This document shows positions 27,679 through 35,646 of a stretch of DNA of 58,552 bases, in pieces (the stretch's first letter is position 1; every line of letters starts with the position of its first letter). Source of the DNA: a virus (Duplodnaviria > Caudoviricetes); IMG/VR virus record IMGVR_UViG_3300033181_000002, positions 1-58,552 of that record; one strand, 5' to 3'. The notes beneath the pieces were generated by a model. It had not been told where the DNA came from, did not search any database, and worked only from the letters and a program-made list of their open reading frames with translations. The position numbers and the translations under genes were made by a program.

Positions 27679-27838
27679 GCTTTGCCCGAGCGGGCATCAT
27701 GTGTGCAGACAGCGCGGTCGCCGTACCAAGCACTTGTGTGGGTGAATGCGACTCGGTAGCCCGTCTCCGCTGAGACGAACGGTTAAACGGGCAGGACAGG
27801 GCGTCACGGTTCAGACCGTGGCGCCCTTCTTCGTTTTT

Positions 27839-27866
27839 TCTTCCGGGAAGGCGCGTTATCGGAAGC
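27839..27866 (-). repeat. 28-bp dyad site (minus orientation)
   Basis: Reverse complement GCTTCCGATAA-CGCGCC-TTCCCGGAAGA. Confidence 0.9.
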
Positions 27867-27911
27867 GACCGCTCTAAGTAACGCGCGGAGATTATTGCAG
27901 TGGCGAGCGGC

Positions 27912-28127
27912 ATGCGATGGAAAGGGGAGCTCATCCCCTCGCTGACCGATGCAAACCTGTTCGAGGTTTTGGTCTTCGCGCGGTCGCCACTCGCCAGGGT
28001 CCTCGCTCCGAGCGAAGATGCGCGGCAGGCAGGCCTTGAAGAGATCCTGTCGGAGATCGATCGACGCGCCGCCGAGAAATACCGCGACCCCCGAGCGTCC
28101 AGGTTACGGAGTCCCGCCGCGGCGTGA
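27912..28127 (+). CDS. Small hypothetical protein
   Basis: 71-aa ORF after the dyad site. Confidence 0.4.
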   Translation: MRWKGELIPSLTDANLFEVLVFARSPLARVLAPSEDARQAGLEEILSEIDRRAAEKYRDPRASRLRSPAAA

Positions 28128-28163
28128 GGGCGCCCGTTCATTTCGTTCGTGGTATGTGCTGGC

Positions 28164-28556
28164 ATGGACGCTCCCACGCCCTGGTCCCCGCCGACGGTCG
28201 CAGCGCGACTGGTGGAGGCCTATCGCCGGAGGCCGGGCCGGCCGGTGATGAGCGGCGCCGGCGCCTTCAGGACGGACGGCGAGGCCGATGTCTTCGCCTG
28301 GCCGGACCGCTTTCTGGCCGACCCGTGGGACCGGCGCGTGCTGACCACCTGGGCGTCCTGCATCGCCATGGGCCTGTCGGTGCGCGAACGCTACCGAGGC
28401 ATGGGCTGGCCGCGTCGCACGGCCGAACGCCGGCGGCGCCTGGCCCTCGCGGCGATCGCGGCCGGCCTCAATGCGGAATTGACAATGGCACCAAACGCTT
28501 CGCAGCCTCCGGAGCGGGCGCCCGTAGGCCCGGACGATCGCGCGGAGTCACCATGA
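28164..28556 (+). CDS. Hypothetical protein (DUF6362-like, C-terminal HTH)
   Basis: W.P..V.ARLVEA N-terminus; GW.RRTA.RR...AL..IA..LN C-terminus. Confidence 0.55.
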   Translation: MDAPTPWSPPTVAARLVEAYRRRPGRPVMSGAGAFRTDGEADVFAWPDRFLADPWDRRVLTTWASCIAMGLSVRERYRGMGWPRRTAERRRRLALAAIAAGLNAELTMAPNASQPPERAPVGPDDRAESP

Positions 28557-29179
28557 AGCCCACGGCCGTGGACCCGATCAGCTCGTATCAGCGCGATGAC
28601 ATGAGTTTGCGAGCCCGCCGGGCCCGCCGCGACATCAAGGGCCGCACCGCCGGCGCCAAGGGCAAGCGCCCCGACCTGCTCGGCCCCACCGCGGAGCGGT
28701 GCGAAAAGCCCGATAAACCGGTGAAGACCGCGGGCGGTTTCTACCGCGCCCCCATGCCGATCGAGCGCTTGCGCGACCAGAACAAGCTCGATCCGCTTCC
28801 CCACCTCAATCAAGCGATGTACGAGGCGGCCGAGAAGCTGGTGGGCTATTACGAAGGGGCGCGCCTCGTCGGCATCAAGGCCCAAGATCTCACGCGGGTC
28901 AGCGGCGGCAGCCTCGACCTCGAGGCGCCCGACCGCGCCGAGCATTGCAGGACGGAGTTCAGGAAGGCGTGTCTCCTCATGGGCTGGCCCTCCGCATTCC
29001 CGCATCGCGGGGCAGGGCGGCTGACCGTTGCGGTAGTGTGCGAGGGTCACGGCGTCAAACAGGCGTCCGACCTCTACCGCCCCGGTGGCTCCGACGCGGC
29101 GCGGCTCGGCGCCGGCATGGACGCCCTGAAGGAGGGGCTGTTCGCGCTGGCGGTGTACTGGCGTCTCGTGCGGGGCTAG
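28553..29179 (+). CDS. Putative late-gene regulator / antiterminator-position protein
   Basis: C-terminal VVCEG.G......L.EGL..LA helix pattern; synteny before the late region. Confidence 0.5.
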   Translation: MKPTAVDPISSYQRDDMSLRARRARRDIKGRTAGAKGKRPDLLGPTAERCEKPDKPVKTAGGFYRAPMPIERLRDQNKLDPLPHLNQAMYEAAEKLVGYYEGARLVGIKAQDLTRVSGGSLDLEAPDRAEHCRTEFRKACLLMGWPSAFPHRGAGRLTVAVVCEGHGVKQASDLYRPGGSDAARLGAGMDALKEGLFALAVYWRLVRG

Positions 29180-29415
29180 TTCGCCATCTCGGGATCGTCG
29201 CGGTGCGGCAGGTAGCCGAGGCCTGTAAGCACATCGCCCAAGAGGTGGCGGATCGCCTCGGACCGAGATGGTTTCGGGTCCGGCTGGTCGGCGATCCACG
29301 CGTCCACAGCGCCTCTCTGGGCTGGTGTGAGACGAACCGGGATCGCGGATGCGAAGTTCGATCCTGGGGGCCGGCCGCGCCTTTTTTCATCTACGGGAAT
29401 TGACGGCACGAGCAT
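29176..29415 (-). CDS. Ribbon-helix-helix DNA-binding protein
   Basis: RGRP...IPVRL......VDAW......SRSEAIRHLL. Confidence 0.75.
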   Translation of the reverse strand: MLVPSIPVDEKRRGRPPGSNFASAIPVRLTPAQRGAVDAWIADQPDPKPSRSEAIRHLLGDVLTGLGYLPHRDDPEMAN

Positions 29416-29501
29416 CTTTCTCGTATATGAGAAACGCGGGCCGGTGGGAAGCAGGAACTTCATCACCGGCCCTAACCACCGAACGCTTTTGGGAGCGCTC
29501 C

Positions 29502-29846
29502 ATGGCTATCCAGGCCAATAGCACAAGCTTGTCTCGCGGCCATCGGCCGTCGTTCGTCTACACGGCAGCGGAGAGTGAGAGGATCGCGCGCGATCTTGCA
29601 CTGGATCGCCGCTACGGCCCGATCGAAGCGGCTTTCGCGGCAGCCCAGTACCTCTATCCGGACCCGGCTTTTTGGCTCGAACAGGCCGGCTTGGCCGGCG
29701 TCATCACCGAGCTGCATGGCGAACGCATCCATCACTTCTCCGACGCGGGCCGGACACCCGAGTTCGAGTTCCTGTATCATTGGTTGATGCGGGGGAACGG
29801 CGGAAAGCCGCTCAAGCGCCTGCTGGAAAAGCGGCGCGGCACGTGA
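29502..29846 (+). CDS. Hypothetical protein
   Basis: GGAG ribosome-binding site and ATG at 29502; divergent from the RHH gene. Confidence 0.5.
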   Translation: MAIQANSTSLSRGHRPSFVYTAAESERIARDLALDRRYGPIEAAFAAAQYLYPDPAFWLEQAGLAGVITELHGERIHHFSDAGRTPEFEFLYHWLMRGNGGKPLKRLLEKRRGT

Positions 29847-29859
29847 GAGGAATGGACCG

Positions 29860-30630
29860 ATGAGCGTTTTCGAGGAAGCCTTCCCCCAGACGGGCATCGC
29901 TACGGACAGCGGCAGGCTCGCTGTGGCGGCAGGCAACATCCTGGCCCGCACGGATCTGTCTCCCGCAAGAGCACTGGCGCGGTTCTGCGAGATCCTGCAG
30001 ACGGACCCAGGCCTGCTGCGGGCCGTGGCGGCCGACTACCTGAAACAACGCGCCGCAGAGATCGGCGGCGAGAGATCGACCGGCAGGGGCCTAGAGACCT
30101 TTGCTGTCCAAGCGGCACCTGCCCCTGCCGGTCGGCCTGTTGGAAGTGATGGGGACCATACCGCGGTTGCTTTGGCCTCAGCCGAAGTGTCTCCATCGCT
30201 TCCTCCCCAAGCAGATCGCGGGGGCCATGCATGTGATGCTCCGGCCAGACATGATGCGCTCTCGCGATTTGCCCCGGTTCACGGCGGGGAGGGCCAGGCG
30301 CCCGGTGTATCCCAGGCCATTATTGCCCCTCCCGTCGTGAAACCCAACCCGCCCCGCGGCATCGATGCGATCGCGGCGGTGCAGCACGTGGTCGCTCGGT
30401 CGGTCTTCGATACGTTCAAGGTGCGTGGGGGCCGTGCCATCGGCGACCTCGGCTGGGCCGAGGCGAAGAGTATGGCGCGCACCAACGAACGGGAAGCTCG
30501 GGTGCTGCGCTTCGTCACCGACCACGTGGCCAATGCGCGGCCCGGCGCGCTGATCCGCGACGTCGTCAAGGCCGAGGTCGTCGAGGCGGCGATCCGCTTC
30601 GCCACGGAGGCCGAGAATGCCGTCGCTTGA
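29860..30630 (+). CDS. Hypothetical protein whose central linker is encoded by the TIGR-like array
   Basis: Open frame through the array; globular-looking N- and C-termini; overlaps the start of the Tas-like gene. Confidence 0.7.
   Translation: MSVFEEAFPQTGIATDSGRLAVAAGNILARTDLSPARALARFCEILQTDPGLLRAVAADYLKQRAAEIGGERSTGRGLETFAVQAAPAPAGRPVGSDGDHTAVALASAEVSPSLPPQADRGGHACDAPARHDALSRFAPVHGGEGQAPGVSQAIIAPPVVKPNPPRGIDAIAAVQHVVARSVFDTFKVRGGRAIGDLGWAEAKSMARTNEREARVLRFVTDHVANARPGALIRDVVKAEVVEAAIRFATEAENAVA
30077..30340 (+). ncRNA. TIGR-like stem-loop guide-RNA array (4 units)
   Basis: Units 30077-30134, 30142-30203, 30211-30272 and 30279-30340, each: 13-15 bp stem, CC(A/T), 9 nt, TG, 4-6 nt loop, CC(A/T), 9 nt, (T/C)G, stem. 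Confidence 0.85.
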
Positions 30631-31426
30631 GCAGCAGTGCTCGGCGCTGGCCGAGCTGCAGGTGCGCCGCAAGTTCTGCATCAAGGCGGTAACCAAGCAG
30701 AGCAATGCGGCCGGTGCGCTGGTGCGGCGCGCCCTCGGGGTCAAGTTCGACGCCGAGGAGGCCGAACGCGAGAAGGGCAACGCGCGGGCGGGGCGGATCG
30801 TGGCGGCGAGCATCGCCGGCACGCCGCAGCGGGAGGAGGACCTGGAAGTCGCTGCCGCCGTGGCATTCGACCTCGTCGTCGTGGCCCAGGGCATCGGACC
30901 CTATGAGCGCGCCCGGCACCAGTTCGAGCTTGAGATGCGCAGGGTGGCCCGAACGCTTCCTGCAGCGGTCTGGGCGGATGGCGTCCGCGGTCTGGGGGAG
31001 CTCGCCATGGCCGTGATCGTGGGCGAGGCCGGCGACCTTGCCCGCTACGGCGCCGAGGGCAAGCTGTGGAAGCGCCTCGGCCTGGCACCCTATGGCGGCA
31101 AGGCCGCGTCGACGTGGCGTCGCGAGGGCGGCCTGAAGGCGGAGGACTGGACGGCGCTGGGCTATGCACCGCGCCGCCGCGCCGAGATCTACGCCTGCGT
31201 CGGCGACCCGCTGTTCCGCGCCCAATCGGCCGCCAGAGACGGCAGCCGCGCGGCGGGGCGCTACCGTGTCGCTTACGACGCCCGGCGGGCTCGAACCGCC
31301 GAGACGCACCCCGATTGGAGCAAGGCGCACAGCCACGGCGACGGGCTGCGCATCATGACGAAGCTTTTGGTTTCGGACCTGTGGTCCGAATGGCGTCGGG
31401 CCAGCGATGCGCTGTCGCCCATATAA
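30617..31426 (+). CDS. TasA-like Nop/IS110-related RNA-binding protein with no nuclease domain
   Basis: Coiled N-terminus, then VRGLGELAMAVIVGEAGDLARY....KLWKRLGLAP (IS110 Transposase_20/Nop-like) and C-terminal H.H..GLR.MTK.LV.DLW..WR. No RuvC DEDD or HNH motif; flanked by guide-like units. Confidence 0.8.
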   Translation: MPSLEQQCSALAELQVRRKFCIKAVTKQSNAAGALVRRALGVKFDAEEAEREKGNARAGRIVAASIAGTPQREEDLEVAAAVAFDLVVVAQGIGPYERARHQFELEMRRVARTLPAAVWADGVRGLGELAMAVIVGEAGDLARYGAEGKLWKRLGLAPYGGKAASTWRREGGLKAEDWTALGYAPRRRAEIYACVGDPLFRAQSAARDGSRAAGRYRVAYDARRARTAETHPDWSKAHSHGDGLRIMTKLLVSDLWSEWRRASDALSPI

Positions 31427-31441
31427 AGGTTGCCCGACGCC
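31392..31441 (+). ncRNA. Fifth TIGR-like stem-loop unit overlapping the Tas-like stop codon
   Basis: GGCGTCGGG-CCA-GCGATGCGC-TG-TCGC-CCA-TATAAAGGT-TG-CCCGACGCC. Confidence 0.85.
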
Positions 31442-31537
31442 GCCTTTTCCCCGATCGAGGACGCCCCTGGCCGGGCGCAAAGCGCCGCTTGACCGCGCAC
31501 CGAGATCGGAGCATAAAAGCCCATCGTACAGATTTGT

Positions 31538-31570
31538 GCCCGGAGCCGGAAACGGTGGTCCGGGCTTTTT
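31538..31570 (+). terminator. Putative intrinsic terminator
   Basis: GCCCGGA...TCCGGGC hairpin followed by TTTTT. Confidence 0.55.
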
Positions 31571-31590
31571 CGTCTCTTGAGGGTCGCGAT

Positions 31591-31839
31591 GTGAGCCCTG
31601 CCGACGAGATCCGGACAGAGATCCGGGCGATCCGCCGCCTCGTCCAGCAGATCAGGCCACTGAGTCGGACCGAGCCCCACGCCTTCGTCGAAGACAAGGA
31701 TGCCGTCGAGAGACGGCTCGATCGGCTCGAGACCCGCTTCAGCGTTCGCTTCAGCGGTACGCCGACGCGCTTTCCGACCGGTACCATCCGGGGCCCGACC
31801 GGCCGCCGCGTCCAGGTCGAACTCCGCCGCGCGGGTTGA
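31591..31839 (+). CDS. Small hypothetical protein
   Basis: GAGG ribosome-binding site and GTG start; helical 82-aa ORF. Confidence 0.5.
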   Translation: MSPADEIRTEIRAIRRLVQQIRPLSRTEPHAFVEDKDAVERRLDRLETRFSVRFSGTPTRFPTGTIRGPTGRRVQVELRRAG

Positions 31840-32025
31840 CCATGATCAAGACCGAGCGGTTCGCCTATTTCGACAACGACCGCCAGTACCATGAGGTGCT
31901 GCAGGTGTGGGCCAGGATCCCGGCGACCAGCACCTGGATGATCGTGTCAACCCAGCCCGTCGTGGTCGACCCGAACCGCGTTCCGGTGTGTCCCACCCGA
32001 TGATCATGGCCATGGGAGGCTCGCG

Positions 32026-32262
32026 ATGCGCAGGCGCTCCGCGGTCCGGGTCTACGGCGCGCCGCAGGCCGACGACCTCACGCCGGCGCAGCCGGTGCCG
32101 ATCGTCTGGGTGCTGGCTCAGCTGACTCCGCGCTTCGAGCTGCTCGGCGCTTCCGGCTGCTATCTGCGGCTACGGGACGAGTTCCTCGACCTGTGCCGCA
32201 CTGCAGACGCCGAGGGCCGCAGCGTGACAGTGGCGCTGCTGCCGACGGACCTCCTGCCGTAA
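32026..32262 (+). CDS. Small hypothetical protein
   Basis: GGAGG ribosome-binding site; 78 aa. Confidence 0.45.
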   Translation: MRRRSAVRVYGAPQADDLTPAQPVPIVWVLAQLTPRFELLGASGCYLRLRDEFLDLCRTADAEGRSVTVALLPTDLLP

Positions 32263-32311
32263 GAACACCCCATGTCCAACCTGCCGGTTCCGATCGGCTT
32301 GGCTGGCTGGC

Positions 32312-33226
32312 TTGACGGATGTACTCAAGTCAGCGGTCGATTATGCCAGGGCGGAGACGTCCGAGGCCACCCGCCGCGCCTACGCCAGCGACTGGCGGGC
32401 CTTCGAGGCCTGGTGCGCCTCGGTGGCGCAGCAACCGCTGCCGGCCTCCACGGCCGCCGTGGCGGGCTACCTGGCCCATTTGGCCGACAGCGGCCTCAAG
32501 GCATCGACCATCAACCGCCGTGCCTCCGCCATCACCTACCGGCACCGTCTGGCCAACCTGACGCCGCCGACCGGCGCCGAGAGCGTCAAGGCCGTGCAGC
32601 GCGGCATCCGCCGCACCATCGGCACCCGAGTCGACCGCAAGGCGCCCGCGACCGCCAAGGCCATCAAGGCCATGGTGGCGGCCATCCCCGACACGCTGGG
32701 CGGCCGGCGCGACCGCGCGCTGCTGCTGATCGGCTTCGCGGCCGCGCTGCGGCGCTCCGAGCTCGTGGCGCTCGACGTCGAGGACCTCGAGCGCACGCCG
32801 GACGGCCTCTTCGTCCACATCCGGCGCTCGAAGACCGACCAGGAGGGCGCCGGCCACGTCGTGGCGGTGCCGCGCGGCGGCAGGCTGCGGCCGGTCCACG
32901 CCGTCGAGGACTGGCTCGAGGCCGCCGGCATGACGACCGGCGCATTGTTCCGATCGATCGCCAAGGGCGGGGTGCTGATCGGCGAGCGGCTGAGCGACCG
33001 CTCCGTCGCCGACATCGTCAAGCGCTGGGCCGCCGCCGCGAAGCTCGATCCGACGCTGTTCGCGGGGCACTCGCTGCGGGCGGGCTTCGTGACCTCGGCG
33101 CTCGAGGCCGGCGCCGACCCGCTGAAGGTGATGGACGTCACCCGGCACAGTCAGGTGCAGACCCTCAAGGGCTACGACCGCCGCGCCAAGGCCTTCAAGG
33201 ACCACGCCGGCAAGGGATTCCTGTGA
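32312..33226 (+). CDS. Second tyrosine recombinase (Cre/XerC/TnpS-like); natural start may be ATG 32272, which is out of frame
   Basis: N-terminal T.RAY..DW..F..WC; RDRALLL.GF..ALRRSEL, RSKTDQ.G.G, GHSLRAGFVT, TRH and catalytic Tyr (LKGY). Confidence 0.92.
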   Translation: MTDVLKSAVDYARAETSEATRRAYASDWRAFEAWCASVAQQPLPASTAAVAGYLAHLADSGLKASTINRRASAITYRHRLANLTPPTGAESVKAVQRGIRRTIGTRVDRKAPATAKAIKAMVAAIPDTLGGRRDRALLLIGFAAALRRSELVALDVEDLERTPDGLFVHIRRSKTDQEGAGHVVAVPRGGRLRPVHAVEDWLEAAGMTTGALFRSIAKGGVLIGERLSDRSVADIVKRWAAAAKLDPTLFAGHSLRAGFVTSALEAGADPLKVMDVTRHSQVQTLKGYDRRAKAFKDHAGKGFL

Positions 33227-33606
33227 TGCAAGTTTCTGCGATACACGCATTGGCCAGCGCAGCCATGCGCCTGTGTGTTTCAGCTCCCGTCGACATGGTG
33301 CTGCCGTCCGCGCCGCGGCCGACGCGTCGCACCGTGGGGGCCCTGCACCGCTCGATCGGGCGCTCGCGGTACAGCGGCGCCCAGCTCCGTGCCATCCAGG
33401 CCAACCCACATCGCCAGGAATGCGCCCGCCGGCGCCGGCAGGCGGCCCAGCGCGCAGCGGCCTGAGGGCGTGCGATCCGTCCTGCTGTGCGCCGCCGCCT
33501 GGATCGGGGCGAGCGGGGCGGCTGCGATCGGCATGATGGCGGCGGGACGCATCCTCTCCGACGCGATCGCCGCCGTCCTGGCTGCGACAATCTTCGGGTT
33601 CTGACC

Positions 33607-34107
33607 ATGAATGATGAATCCTGGATCGTGCGCCGCGGCCATATCAACGCGTGGTCCTACGTATTCCGGGATCGGCCGCTTGCCTGGACCGAGGACCGGG
33701 ACCTCGCCATGAGGTTCGCGACCAAACTCCTCGCCGGGGCCGCCGCCGTGCAGGCCGCGGCCGACGGCACCGAGGTCGCGGTGTTCCCGCTCGACGAGGC
33801 CGTGACCCCGGGCATCGGCCGCTTCGTCTGCAGCTTCACCGCGCTTGAGGCCATTCGGTTCGACGGCACACGCGGATCGGCCCTGGCGATCGCCGCGGCC
33901 TTCCCGGGCCGGGTGGCGCTCGACGTCGCACACGACGACGTGCTGCTGGTGCTGTCGCGCGACACGCTGCTCGGCCACGAGGAGCTGCGGGCCGTACCGC
34001 ACGGTGCCTGGCTGGTGGCGCGCTACGGCCGCCGGGGCTCGCTCGACCTGTTGGGCGACCGCCTGTTCCGGGCTCTGCACGAGCCCTATCCCACGAGCCT
34101 CGCATGA
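33607..34107 (+). CDS. Hypothetical protein
   Basis: Coupled to the next gene by ATGA. Confidence 0.5.
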   Translation: MNDESWIVRRGHINAWSYVFRDRPLAWTEDRDLAMRFATKLLAGAAAVQAAADGTEVAVFPLDEAVTPGIGRFVCSFTALEAIRFDGTRGSALAIAAAFPGRVALDVAHDDVLLVLSRDTLLGHEELRAVPHGAWLVARYGRRGSLDLLGDRLFRALHEPYPTSLA

Positions 34108-34454
34108 GCACCGGAAGCGCCGCCAAGGCGATCAATCCCGCGGCCGCGTCGCCGTTCGCCAATTTCAGCAACGGCGCCCTGGCCGACGCCCTGGGCGACA
34201 TCGACGCGACGATCGAGCTGGCGCAGGAGCGCCAGAAACTGGCGCGCGCCGAGATGACCCGGCGCCACGCCAGTTCGCTCGAGGGCGCGCGCTTCATCGT
34301 CGCCAAGGCCACGCTCGCCACCCATACGCTGGACGCCAAGGGTGTGCGGCTCGAGATGGGCGACGCCTGGTACGAGGCGCGCCAGAAGCCGGGCTTCAGA
34401 ACCACCTACACGGTGACGGCGAAGCCGCTCGAAGAGCTCGGCGTCTCCGCGTGA
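34104..34454 (+). CDS. Hypothetical protein
   Basis: 116-aa ORF with typical codon usage. Confidence 0.6.
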   Translation: MSTGSAAKAINPAAASPFANFSNGALADALGDIDATIELAQERQKLARAEMTRRHASSLEGARFIVAKATLATHTLDAKGVRLEMGDAWYEARQKPGFRTTYTVTAKPLEELGVSA

Positions 34455-34506
34455 GCCTGCGGTCCAGCCGCTGGCTGATCGAGCTGCGCGAGGGCTTGCG
34501 GCCGCA

Positions 34507-35289
34507 GTGCCTCTACCTGCACGCGTTACTGCGCCGGCTCCGCCGGTATCGCGGCCCGGCGACGTCTGGACGCTGGGTCGCCACAGGCTCGTCTGCGGCG
34601 ACTCGCGGGATGCCGCCATCGCGGCGCTGGCGCTCCGAGGCTCGGCGCCCAACCTGATGGTGACCGACCCTCCCTACGGCGTGAGTTACGACCCGGAATG
34701 GCGGGCCCGGGCGGCACGGGCGGGCCTGCTCGGCAACAGGATCGGCGCCGGTGCCATCGGCAAGGTCGCCAACGACGACCGGGCCGACTGGCGCGACGCC
34801 TGGGCCCACTATCTGGGCGACGTCGCCTATGTGTGGCACGGCGCGCTCCACGGCTGCATCGTGCGGACGAGCCTCGAGGCGACAGGCTTCCTTATCCGCT
34901 CGCAGATCATCTGGGACAAGGGTCGGCTGATCATCAGCCGCGGCCACTACCACTGGCGTCACGAGCCCTGCTGGTACGCGGTCCGCCGCGGCCGCACCGC
35001 GCATTGGGCCGGGGACCGCAAGCAGATGACGGTGTGGCAGGTGCCGCACCGCCGCAGCGAGACCGGCCACAGCACGCAGAAGCCCGTGGAGGTGATGCTT
35101 AGGCCGATGCTGAACCATACGCGGCCAGGCGACGCCGTCTACGACCCCTTCGTGGGCTCGGGCACGACGATCATCGCGGCCGAGAGCATCGGGCGTGTCG
35201 TACACGCCATCGAGATCGACCCCGTCTACGTCGACGTCGCGGTCCGCCGCTGGGAGCAGCTGACCGGCCGCACAGCCGAGAAAGCTTGA
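34507..35289 (+). CDS. N4/N6 DNA methyltransferase (phage modification methylase)
   Basis: GDVW.LG.HRL.CGD, TDPPYGV, H.TQKPV and DPF.GSGTT motifs. Confidence 0.9.
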   Translation: MPLPARVTAPAPPVSRPGDVWTLGRHRLVCGDSRDAAIAALALRGSAPNLMVTDPPYGVSYDPEWRARAARAGLLGNRIGAGAIGKVANDDRADWRDAWAHYLGDVAYVWHGALHGCIVRTSLEATGFLIRSQIIWDKGRLIISRGHYHWRHEPCWYAVRRGRTAHWAGDRKQMTVWQVPHRRSETGHSTQKPVEVMLRPMLNHTRPGDAVYDPFVGSGTTIIAAESIGRVVHAIEIDPVYVDVAVRRWEQLTGRTAEKA

Positions 35290-35320
35290 ATGGACGGGGT
35301 CACACCCGGGCACCGGTTTG

Positions 35321-35348
35321 GCTTCCGAGAAGGACAGTTATCGGAAGC
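35321..35348 (-). repeat. 28-bp dyad site (minus orientation)
   Basis: Reverse complement GCTTCCGATAA-CTGTCC-TTCTCGGAAGC. Confidence 0.9.
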
Positions 35349-35372
35349 AATCCTCCTCTGAAGGTAGGGCTG

Positions 35373-35585
35373 ATGGACATCAAGACGGAGCGGTTGCTAA
35401 TCACCCGGACGGTGGCCACTATCAGCGCAAAGGATATCCAGGATGTGGCCATGCGCCGAGCTCGGACAGAGCTCGGCATTCCGCAGACGGTGGGCGCAAC
35501 GGGTTCGCTGCAGCCGGATGGGTCGATCACTATCGTCTTCGACGACATCGTCGAGGAGTTCAACCTGCTGCCAACGGCCTCCTGA
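35373..35585 (+). CDS. Small hypothetical protein
   Basis: 70-aa lower-GC ORF directly after the dyad site. Confidence 0.5.
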   Translation: MDIKTERLLITRTVATISAKDIQDVAMRRARTELGIPQTVGATGSLQPDGSITIVFDDIVEEFNLLPTAS

Positions 35586-35646
35586 GCCCATTCCTGGTCA
35601 GTCATATTCACGGCAGTCTCCAAGCCAAGCGTTGCAAGAGGCCCGT

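Noticed and set aside
30077-30340. CRISPR array or run of terminators
   Set aside because: No identical direct repeats, no cas genes and no U-tracts; the conserved feature is CCA-N9-TG spacing within variable stems.
30617-31426. IS110 insertion sequence transposase
   Set aside because: No N-terminal RuvC-like DEDD domain, only 269 aa, embedded in a phage operon and flanked by dual-spacer stem-loops; a TasA-like protein fits better.
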